NCBI GenBank assembly: GCA_048128005.1
Contig: JBEUKZ010000085.1
Coordinates: 124,001 to 188,000 of the forward strand
Origin: Veleropilina oligotropha
Taxonomy: Eukaryota
Reading direction: 5' to 3'
DNA length: 64,000 nt
Shown: piece after piece, positions 36,970-48,002 of the stretch
How positions within the stretch are numbered: position 1 is the stretch's first letter
How the letters are laid out: each line of letters begins with the position of its first letter
Notes under the pieces: generated by a model
What the model saw: only the letters and a program-made list of their open reading frames with translations
What the model was told of the DNA's origin: nothing
The model's database searches: none
Position numbers and translations under genes: made by a program

Positions 36970-38163
36970 AAACAACTCTTCACTAACCTGTTCCAAAGTA
37001 AGTTAAAAATCTTGTCAACATGTCATCACTTGGAACCAATAACAATATCTTATCAACAACGATACTATTGCTTTTAAGTTTATATTTACGATTCGTGCAG
37101 TCATGTAACTTTTAATTTGAAGTGAATCTAAAATGTATATGGATATGTAAACAATAAATTATAGTACACTACAGGCTCTGTTGAGCCATATATCTAGATA
37201 AATATTTTTTTTTTAACAGTTTAATGAGCAATGCCAATTGATATTATCAAGCTTCATAACCCTTAACCTTGTAACACCATCACAAACATGACAGACTCCA
37301 GAGTAATTCCATCACAAGCACTTCCCATGCTACCATTTAAATGCATGTATCTCTAACAGTATTTAAAAGCATGCAATGTGTCGGCCTGTCATTCGTGTAT
37401 TTTGTCATCCTATGTTTGCTTTTACTAAGTCTTAAATATTATTTATTGTTTTAATACAGTAGATATTCCTCTATGCATTATATTATTGCATCTAAATAAT
37501 ATTGGCTAGCTGCTGTGTTCAGAATTTGTCCAGATTTTCCAGTACTCTGTAATGAATGCTTCATACCTGCAGTTATCATATTTCATCCTGATATGACAGC
37601 TGTTATATTTATCTGTGAACTGAATCCATTAGTTGGGGCGTATAGTCAGTTAATAAAAGATGAAATCCATGATCCTTTATATGACAGATGCATGCGTCTG
37701 TAATCAAGATTCTGTATCATATGATAGGTATTGTTCAGTTTAATCATTCCATAAAGCAAGGTGTCCAGACTGCGATAAGACTGAAAAAGTGTTTGTAAAA
37801 CAAATATGCCTACCAACCTACAATCATTTGGGCCATCGACTTTTGCATTGTCGCATATATTCCCTTCATGCAACGAGTGTAATTGACAAATCATTGTGTT
37901 GGCAATTTTGTTGGGTCCATATATGAAGCGAGCATTTCCAAACTGATAGTGTTGTTGCATGACAGCTCTAGCACATGGCATGGTTATCATACTACATAGT
38001 TCACTTCATATTCCAGTTTATGGTAAAATAGTAGACAGAACTAGTCACTAATTGGCCGCTCTGGTAGCCATGTGGTCTCTAGTGCTGACTATGAAATCAC
38101 TGGCTCGATAGCAGAAATGACTTAGAATCTGTTGGGACAATGGCATTCTTTATTCAACTATTA

Positions 38164-38574
38164 AGCGGGTTCTACACGACCAGGTTTTCCTTGACAACTT
38201 TTCCTTGTCAAGTTTACATGCTCGTGTGGAAGACGAACAACTTTTCATTGCTATGACGTTAAATCAACTGTTGTCCACCTAGTGATTAACTGAGGAACCA
38301 ACCAAACGGAAGTTTAATTTCGATGTGTAGTACATTGGCGGAAGTCAACTGAATGAACAGGATGATGCGTGCGCAGCGAAAAGTTGTCAATTTTATCGTT
38401 TGCCGTCTACACGACCACGTTTCCTTGTTCACTTGGCGTGAAAAAGCTAGTACGACCAGCTTTTAAACGAGTGAGAATTGACGAGAAAAACTTGCCACTT
38501 TTCCTCTTCTACCCGGTACTTTTTCCTTGACAAGGAAAAGTTGTCAATGAAAACTTTGTCGTGTAGAACCCGCT
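38164..38574. mobile_element. PIF/Harbinger MITE inserted in an old SINE
   Basis: Long TIR agcgggttctacacgac...cttttccttgtcaag; TTA TSD. Confidence 0.85.
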
Positions 38575-39096
38575 TTAATCACAGTTGTCCGTAACTGGCT
38601 GAAGAGGGCGGGTTTACCCGGGTGTCCAGGCTTTCCTCCAGCAATAATATGAGCATGTACTGTCGCGAACACGTATTATAAATATACAGGACATTAAGCA
38701 TCGATCCAATCCAATCTACATCCACTAATTATCGCCCACAAATTTTGTTTTATGTGGATATTAAAATGCAGACCATCCGTGAAAATTGTCTTGTCCTGAG
38801 TATTATAGAATATATTTCATAAACTGCTTGACATATCTTTTGATTGTGGATAAAGAAATTGTTGTACTTGGGCGTTTTCTATTGTTAAGATTATGCGGGG
38901 ATTATTCACAGAGTTATTGCCCTCGATCCAAACAGCTTTTTTGCCTGCCAGACAATGCACTGACTGGCCTCTACATAGATTACCTTCAGCGATCTGATGA
39001 CAACCAATATGCTCAACGTCATTGGCAGTAGCCAAGGTTATGTACACTCGCATTGAACTAGAGATAATAATGACAAATTTCATTCTATCATTTCAG

Positions 39097-39351
39097 CCTG
39101 AACTATGTTCTCTACCTCACACCAGCACCAATGTCATGGAGGACAGTAAAGCCAGCATAGAGATGGTCATTGACCCCCAGGTCCAGGAGGAGGATGAGAC
39201 CATGGCCACCGATAACATCGATGTTGTGCCGGAGGCAACTGCTACCACGGAAGAGCCGACTGCAGATCCTAGCAATACTGAACAGACTGTCATGAACGTG
39301 GATGAAGAAGCCGTAAATGGGATGACTGATATTCCCGATAACAATTGCTAG
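39097..39351 (+). CDS. Zinc-finger gene terminal coding exon (acidic tail)
   Basis: Acceptor tcatttcag|CCT, phase 0 matching the upstream donor; 84 codons then TAG; AATAAA at ~39371 and ~39623. Confidence 0.7.
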   Translation, partial: PELCSLPHTSTNVMEDSKASIEMVIDPQVQEEDETMATDNIDVVPEATATTEEPTADPSNTEQTVMNVDEEAVNGMTDIPDNNC

Positions 39352-40387
39352 AAATGATAATAATAATAATAATAAAGTCAGTATTTATACAACCCATGAT
39401 GCAACATATTTTGTTTATGTCCCATGATGCATTACAATAGTTATAATATATCCCATGATGCATCAGTTCATTTGATAGCATTTATCTATGCTATGAAGTA
39501 ATAGCAGATAGTCACATAATTGTATGTATAATGTTGTCTTGTGGACATCTGTTACTCCAGGGCTGATGCAATACATGTAATAATTTTCTTGTAAGGTTGT
39601 TGACAAACAAATTAAGTATATTAATAAATACAAACATTAGTGAAAACTATATCTCTCTTCAAAGAGTGAGCCAGGGTGTGGTCAAGTCACGTGGGTAATA
39701 ACATTGAAACACAAAGCTGGAAAGACAGTATTTAATTTCATGAAAGTCGTTCATTTTTTTCATCATTCAAATTTCATTAAGTCTGAAAGTTTTAACATTG
39801 TTGTTACACACTTCTTCATCCCGAATACACACACTTCTTCATCCCATTCGGGATAGATTGGGTATTTAATCAATACATAGTAAATTCCATTTCATTTGGA
39901 ATTGAAAATTTGTTTACAATGCTGGTTACCGGTTGCAAATTTCTGTATACCATGCAAGTGTTCAATTGACAGGTATCTGATGAAGTGCATTCCATTTAGA
40001 GTATACAAAATATAGCAATATTGTAAATAATACAAAGAATAATACCACCAAGAAGACTTTGATGTCAAAATGAGCTCTTAATTATATAAGCCAATACCTT
40101 TACTAAAGATTACATTACGTTACCTGATAATTATGGCATAGTCTATTTTGTGGAAAAATGGATATTTTCAATGCAAGTAAAATACAATTTGTTGTTATAT
40201 TTTGTCTGATCTACTGTATATAATAATATATGCCTGGACTGGAGTACAGTACATGTGGTCTTTTACCTAAAGTGCTTCAACAATATTGAGATTTTATGAT
40301 GTACCCTTTTTATCGTGCCCTTTTTATCGTGAAGCATGTTTGATAGTAATTAATATGTAAATAAAGTTTCCTTTTGAAGAGAAATCA

Positions 40388-41185
40388 TTTTATCACACGT
40401 CTTGGTCATTTTCCCATAGTGCAACACTGTGTATTATTCGTCGTAATACACGTGTGTCATAAGCCATATCGAAATGCGATTAGCTGTTTACAAAGAGACC
40501 TTCAAGTAACCACATAGATGATTATTTTAAGAAACAGGGCAGGCTATAGATGACCAGAAACGACAATGGGTTTTAATATGAGTGGCAGTAATGCACTTCC
40601 TAAACCCAAACAAATTATATTTAAATCTATTTAAATAAAGACGCAAGTGTTGAAACGTCATCCAAAAAATTGCCGTATATAGAAACGATTCTGGCCAAAC
40701 TCTATCCAAAACGTAATCGACAATAACGTGTCGCACATAGATGTTTGGATTACCGTTGTTAATTTTAAGCACAAATAGTATTCATTATTTTTTTCATTTA
40801 GATAACATATATAAAATTTTAGCATTTTATCTTCACATATTTGCTTGTTAATCTTAAATTGTACTTTTACAAGCACGTAACCATTGTATTTCATAACAAA
40901 TTTCACTATTTTTAGTAATGCGTGGGTATGACGTCATTCTATCTCTTACAAAGCGCCATAGTGTCAACGTCGCTACTTTCTAATAGCGAAGTTGTGAATT
41001 GTTTTAAATTAATTTTATCAAAAACAGACGTGATAAATAGAACATCACATTCGTGGTAGTGTAATATCACATGAAATTCGTTTAACTAATTTTCATGTTT
41101 TCCTTGGCAAAGCCTCGGAAAACATGAAAATTAGTTCAACTCGTTTCATAAATGTGATATTACACCACCACTCATGTGAGATCCT
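40388..41185 (-). mobile_element. Foldback non-autonomous element (Crypton-like topology)
   Basis: ~140-bp hairpin at 41045-41180 centred on ggcaaagcc; tttatcacacgtct (40389) is inverted to agacgtgataaa (41026). Confidence 0.5.
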
Positions 41186-41359
41186 CTTTCTTTTTCTTTC
41201 TAGATATCAGGTATATTGTCATTTGGTAACTTGCTAGATTTGCCTATGCTGTGCAGCCACTCCAGTAGCCGTGTGCAGTATCTGGCTTGATTGCTCTGTA
41301 AATAGGAGTGCAATCAAATCTTGGTTGGGACAATGCACATGACATTCTATGTTTAGTTA

Positions 41360-41562
41360 CTGTAAAACCCTATTTGGTAGCAAGCCTTAAAATTACGCGA
41401 GTTTCGCGTTCGCAAAATATTCACGAAATTAAATGGTCGCTTATTTTTAGTTGGACTGCCTAAAAACGTGCATTGCATTAAAATTCGCTAATTTTAAAGG
41501 CGTATTGTTCTATTTTAAAAATTCTTTAAATATTATGGCCGCCAAAATATACGGTTTTACAG
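41360..41562. mobile_element. Tc1/mariner-type MITE inserted in an old SINE
   Basis: TIR ctgtaaaacc / ggttttacag; TA TSD. Confidence 0.75.
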
Positions 41563-41996
41563 TATTAGTACCCATCACAGTTGTCCAGAACTGGCCGGAC
41601 CGACCGTAGATGGCGCTTTTCCTGGGAGATAATGTGGACTTGTCCTGATTTGAACCTGAAGGTTGTACGTGTACAGGACATGAAGCATTGATCCAATCTA
41701 TGTTCTATTTTTTAAGCCTTCTTTTTATTTAGCTTTAAGTATTGGATGTCTGTTTGGAAATAGAACCCACGTCCAAGTGTCTCACTTAATGTCTTACTCT
41801 ACCAGTTAAGCATAGCGAGAACAGTTCACACAACTAGATATTAAGTCTGCAAAGGTCTCCTGTGAATGTGCCATTTCAGAAGAGTAGTGATAATGAAGAC
41901 CGTCGTTTTCCAAAAGGGCGTTTATGGGCAACATCTGACGACCACAATTGTGATTTATGATCATCTAACAGTGCACTCATGGTAGATCCCATGTCA

Positions 41997-42744
41997 ATAT
42001 AACAATAACATGGTTTTGAAGGGTGTCGTGCTGTTTTATTGGCCCGACATGAATGATTATTGGCCCGAAAGTCTACTGGAGGGCCAATATTCATTCATGA
42101 AGGGCCAATAAAACAAAACCATGTTATTACTATTATTATCAGATACTATAAAAGGGTAGTTAGCACTTGAGCGGGCGCAAAATTTTTTTTCCGCACGTAG
42201 ATTATGGTTACTATATGCGTGGTAATTTCAAAGTGGCAGCCATTTTGGCGCTTCGAATCATTTTTCGATAGATATTAACAAATTAAAGTTGCATTTTTAC
42301 CAAAATCAATCCTAAAACGCGTTTTGAAATGATAACATTCACAAAGCCGGCACATTTATCATGATTTCTGGTGTTTTTTGTATCATTTGGTGAACTAATT
42401 TAGTCTTGTCTTCTATGCGTTCTTCAGAACTAAAAAAATATTAGTTCTTATAAACGACACATGGTTATAAGATACAATCTCTTACCTTATTTTGATGACA
42501 ATACGACTACGATTTTGGAAGAAAATACCATCCTTTCCTATTTTTCATCGGTCAATCCTCGAATAACTAGTAATTGTAAATGTCGCCCGCTAGATTTTGC
42601 AAAAATGGCACCGATCACATACTCGCACGTCACATGACAAAACGGCGGGCCGCTAATGGCAATAATGGGCCGTTATAAGAGATTTACCGTCCACCCAAAA
42701 TCGAGCTATCCTACTAGTAACGGCCCAGTCATCTGATAATAATA
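41997..42744 (+). mobile_element. Foldback non-autonomous element (Crypton-like topology)
   Basis: Hairpin aataacatggttttg...ggccc...gggcc...caaaaccatgttatt (42004-42128); tattattatcagat (42131) is inverted to atctgataataata (42731). Confidence 0.55.
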
Positions 42745-44779
42745 TGCATGACTAATCGATAACCTCTTCAAAATGGCATAGTGGCCACCTTTAACAGAAT
42801 TTCCTTTGGATGAACAACAGATGGTCCCAAACCTATGTTCCTGTCTCTGCCAGAGGAGTTCACATTGCGAACAATGACGATTTTAAAAATGGCCATTGTG
42901 AATGCAAGACATGTTCAAATTTCATTTAGGCCAACTGCAAACATAGCCTAGACCCATTTTCCTTGCCACTTTGGAGTGGCATACAAGCTCTCACCTGGAG
43001 AGCAGATAACGAATCGACGACTTTGCCTAAAAAAACTTTCCGAGTACATGACAGAAATATTGTTCAGTATGGAAGCGACTTAAAATGAACAATTCTTCTA
43101 AATAATAATTACTGAAGTCGTGAAATTTGAACCAGACTTTCATGAATGAAATTGATTTCACGTGCTGTTACTAGTACATGTATTCAAATTGTAGTTGATA
43201 CATCCTTACCATGCAATCTCTGCGATAGCCATGTGATTTTGAGTGCTCTGAATAACACTCGGTTGAGACAATGGCATTTTTTGTGTAGTTGCCAATCACA
43301 GTTGTCCATAACTGGCCGGAGAAAGTGGTTTTCCGTCTTTCCTTCTGGGACAATATGGACATGTCCTGGTTTGAACCTGAAGGTTGTAAATATACAGGAC
43401 ATTAAGCATCAATCAATTCCTTACTATGCAAGTTTCGACATCTGGCAGGAATAATCTGAATTTCGGTTGCAGATCTCAAGATAGAGAAATTGCAAGTGCA
43501 ACTCTCTGCAGAAAAAGTGTATGTATCCATTCATTATTCAAAGTTGATTGAGAAATTGTTTGCGTGGTACAAATATTACTTCATACTCACCATGAGTGTG
43601 ATAGGACTAGTGCCAATTTCTCCTTTATTTGAGTTAACAATCCAAACGGGTTAAATTTGGTCACTAGCCAGTGACATAGGATTTGACAAGTTGCCAGCAC
43701 CATTTTAGTGGACGAGTCGACTCTTATATTAAGACCACGAGGCTGTTATATATGGTGGGCAATTCCATGTTTTAAGGGGTTACAGCTTGCAATTTACGAT
43801 AGATTTTCATGGTGTATGTGACATATGATAAACACAGACACCCCACGCCGATATCTACATAAAAACTCAAGTGACAACGAGAGGCTTTATGTTAGATATT
43901 GCTTGGGCTGGCAGTGTATTATCTATTAGGGACATCCATTCAGAAATGTGGACATCTGTTTCATGATGGATTGATTACCAAATCTTTTTTAGGTGGTGAA
44001 CACAATATGTCTTGCTTGAACCCAATGGTTGCAAATATAAAGGATATCAAGCATCAATCCATGCAACAATCACCTTGTGCAACTGTGTTGTGACTTTTAA
44101 TGATAATTGTTAACAGATAAATGCGTGTATACATTTCACAAATAAACAAAAAATTCTGTTATCAAGTAAATTTACTCTGATCGATGTACATTTAATACAA
44201 CAAGAGCATAAAAATATCTACAAATAACGGTTAACACTATTAAAAACAATATCTTAAATTATTTTCTTAAATGTACAAAACATTGATGCATTGATGCATT
44301 CACAAGCACATTGCAAAGATTATGAGTTATATACACCTATCATAACAACCATTTTATTACAACATTCATATAGCTGACAGAAAATCAACAGCAAAAATGA
44401 CAAATAAAATTTAATAATCGTTACTAAGTCATGTAAACCGGAGGTTCATAACAGTAACAAATGCTCTCCTGATGGGTATAATGTCTGCGACAAGCAGAAC
44501 TTTCCATTATTTTTATTTAGAAATTAAATTAAAATTAACACCAGTAATCAGTAGGTAGAATTTAACAAAACATCCACTGATTCAGAGGAAAATCAGGTAT
44601 GACGTTGTCAGTGCTGATAAGCCTGCAGAGCTTCCATGGCCATGTACTCTGAAGGAGCATGCAGATATAACAAGAACATTTGACGACTTTCAATGGCGAC
44701 AGAGAGAAAATGGATTGCAAAAATCATGGAATATGAAATACATGTAACAGCAGCAGTGGTTTCATTTGTCAGTGTCCAC

Positions 44780-45057
44780 ATGACAGCAGTGACGTCATTC
44801 AGTTGTGTTGACACTGCATGGCAGCAGTGATGTCATTCAGTTGTGTTGACACTGCATGACAGTAGTGATGTCATTCAGTTGTGTTGACACTGCATGGCAG
44901 CAGTGATGTCATTCAGTTGTGTTGACACTGCATGACAGCAGTGATGTCATTCAGTTGTGTTGACACTGCATGACAGCAGTGATGTCATTCAGTTGTGTTG
45001 ACACTGCATGACAGCAGTGATGTCATTCAGTTGTGTTAACACTGCATGACAGCAGTG
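44780..45057. repeat. 38-bp minisatellite, ~7.3 units, in the probable WDR7 3' UTR
   Basis: Unit atgacagcagtgatgtcattcagttgtgttgacactgc; degenerate units on both sides. Confidence 0.95.
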
Positions 45058-45590
45058 CTGTACTTTCTTGGCGTTGACCATGGCGGCAGTGGTGTGGTTC
45101 ATGTTGTTCACACCGATGTTGTTCCTCAGTGTCCACACGGTATGCCAGTGGTGGTGTCGAGTTACGTATTACCCACACTGCGACGTAATTCCTCGGTGTT
45201 GACCCTGCATCATATGGCAGCAGTGATGCAATTTTTCACACTGCATTGTAACTATTTTGATTAATTAATTGTTTGAGGGATGACACCCATTTGTTCAAAT
45301 CATCTGTATGGAAAACACATATATTGCACTGCTTTACAGCCATTATTTATAATTATACTGTCTGTACATTAACAACAATGTGGTTGATCGTCCTCTAAAA
45401 CAACCACATGTTATCTCTATTCGATATCTGATGACAAAAATCCATGAATTTCCAGAGACATTGTTTTTGCATGGATTAATGTAATAAATTAATTGTGACC
45501 ATTGCTCCATATGTAGTCCCCTTATCGTATCATATACTTGTTCTTGGCTTCACATATCGTGTACCTGATCGTTGTGCCATTGATTGTGTT

Positions 45591-45776
45591 TCATATAGAG
45601 TACTTGGTCTCTGTGCCATTAATGGTGAGCAGAATGACGGTGCGATTGTCGATCCAGATCAGCCGGACGAGCTTCAGTATGTTCGTGTGCGGCGGTACAT
45701 GGCACGGGGGAGTCGAAATCATCTTCACGCACTTCGTCTGTTGAGATCCAATGCTGAATAAGGAAGACGAGGCAGT
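45591..45776 (-). CDS. WDR7: WDR7 last coding exon
   Basis: ccag|ACT...TASSSLFSIGSQQTKCVK...LVRLIWIDNRTVILLTINGTETKYSI-TGA. Confidence 0.88.
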   Translation of the reverse strand, partial: TASSSLFSIGSQQTKCVKMISTPPCHVPPHTNILKLVRLIWIDNRTVILLTINGTETKYSI

Positions 45777-46254
45777 CTGGAAAAAAGAATTCACATTTTG
45801 TTCATTGTAGATTCAATTGATTGGTTGTGTTGGTGTTTAATGTCCAATATAACATCCTTTAGTCTCAAACCAGGATATATCCATATCAGCGTAATAAGAA
45901 AATCCGGGAAACCTGGCCACTAGAGAAGAATATCACGGAAGCTGTTTTGATAAACATGCAAAATCCTAAAGCTCACAACAAGAGGGGGCGTATCCACTAC
46001 TCCTAGGGCTCACAACAAGAGGGGGCGTATCCACTACTCCCAGGGGGCGTATCCACTACTCCTAGGGTGCACATCTTGAATGCGATAATGACTAAATTTG
46101 TTCGGGCTAGGACCTCATCATAACTGATGTACATATAAAATTGGATAATAACTGTAGACAGTATATTGCATGGATGAAATCTCAGTAGAGGCGGAGAAAC
46201 AAAGAACAAAGTATAGCATTTCCCACTCTTGTCCAGCGATACAAAGTATCTTAC

Positions 46255-46359
46255 CTGCCAAAACTTCAGCTTGCTGTCATGGTGCGAGTAAGACACCAGG
46301 TATTTGCCCTCCGGTGACACGGATACCGCGATGACGGCTCCACTGTGGGCTGGAATCAT
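46255..46359 (-). CDS. WDR7: WDR7 exon (WD40 repeat)
   Basis: MIPAHSGAVIAVSVSPEGKYLVSYSHHDSKLKFWQ; AG/GT boundaries, phase 0-0. Confidence 0.9.
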
Positions 46360-46805
46360 CTGGAAGCATTTATAGCAGATGGCAATCAATATCAAGCGAA
46401 CAGCAAATGAACCCTTGTAACATTTGTCTACACTGTGAATATTCCTGGTTTTCACAATTTGTAATTTGCGCAACTATTTTCACTCCAAATTCATAGCCAA
46501 CAAGTAGTCCATATCATGGATGTACAATAACTATGAAACCAAGATTACTTCAAAACTATGATGGCTTGTTGCAATTTACATTGGAGCATCACTTTGAAAT
46601 CATGAAAACCTCTTGCTCATTAGCATAGGTGGCATACGTAACAGAATCAGAATCATAGTCGTACAAACAAAAACACAAAACTGTTTCCAAAGTGTCTTAT
46701 CTATATACTGTATATGTTTTTATAATTCGGATATAAACGTGCTGTTTCTCCATAATTTCGAGTCTAAATATTGGAATTCTTTGCACGTTTCACAATGTTG
46801 TCTAC

Positions 46806-46908
46806 CTGACACTTGGAATGTTGCTTTAAGTCATAAAATGCCAGGCCGCCGTTCTTAGCTCCAACCCATATCCTCTTGGTGTTGGCACAGTGAGAGACCA
46901 TACTAAAC
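46806..46908 (-). CDS. WDR7: WDR7 exon
   Basis: FSMVSHCANTKRIWVGAKNGGLAFYDLKQHSKCQ; phase 2-0. Confidence 0.9.
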
Positions 46909-47418
46909 CTGAATAAAATAGGGTACAACACACAGTGAGGAAGAATGTTGAACTTATATACTAGTATATGTGGCATTTAGCACACATGGATTGGATTGGA
47001 TCGATGTCCAAATCGAGATTCGAACCCACTAATGTTCGTGTCAGCAGAATCAAGCCAGTGATTTCAGAGTCTGCAGCCGAAATCAAATGATTGTCGGAGC
47101 AGCCTTACAAGTCTAACAACAAATGATTGTCAAATTCTTACATCATTAACCAATTGTAGGAGCCTTTAAGAGTAAATAAAAGTCAAAATATAATAAAGAA
47201 AAGATGAAATGCATATTTAATTTGACAATTATTTGAGATTAGCGTAGAATAGATAAGTCGACATAAAACATATGTTGACTGTAACACAGTTAACGATATA
47301 TTGTTGGCAAAGACCTAATTCAGGTTATATAGCATGATATCTTATAAAAACCTAAATGACCCTGTACGTTCACCTTTATTATCACGGCAAACCAAAACAC
47401 TGCATGCTGGTCCCTTAC

Positions 47419-47501
47419 CTGCATATCGCCGGGAACAGCTCGAGGAGCCCTTTGGACTTCAGCTGGGCATTGTCGAGGCAGTGCACTGTCACGTCCATCA
47501 C
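47419..47501 (-). CDS. WDR7: WDR7 exon (absent from the ORF track)
   Basis: VMDVTVHCLDNAQLKSKGLLELFPAIC(R); phase 0-2. Confidence 0.9.
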
Positions 47502-48002
47502 CTGGAAACAGTAGAAATGCCTTGCAATAAAGTTTTGATTGATACTTAGCAGCCCAAGTTAAAAACCTTCACAGTTATCCAATTATATAAAGGGTATATG
47601 ATGGTATGGCATAAGTATTAAAAATATTTCGTAGCTAGGATATAGTTCTGTTTATTACATAAATGTTGTCAATAAAATACTAATAATCATTGTAAATCAA
47701 TTTTGTTAAACGGTATATTTAATTTAAATAAGCGTAGTGATATACGGTATGTGGAGCTACATTTCCATAGAAACGTTATTTACATCACGTCACGTCATCA
47801 TTAGGTCTAGTTCACTACTATGATGTTTAGTTGTCATTGACAACATTTCTACGGTGTCACGTAATAACGTTCTAATTTGATAATTTCATGCATGTGAGTG
47901 AAGGTAAGGATAATACTGTCACATGTGAACAAAATTATCTATGTGAGTGAATTAGTCATGATATTTATGCCATTATTAAATGAATATCAGCACCATTTAT
48001 GT

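Larger units (their letters stand above)
34143..37056 (-). mobile_element. Penelope-like retroelement, near full length, decayed, antisense in the ZF intron
   Basis: N-terminus HGREVVKILRKLE...ARWKNH; ILPADKGKATV; SYDVSALFT; FYQQTHGAVMG; WLRYVDDTF; IPYVQGLS; GIY-YIG motif YIGET..KEH; KVKEAIYI. Inverted pLTRs; TSD caacgatactattg (34129-34142, 37057-37070). Confidence 0.92.
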
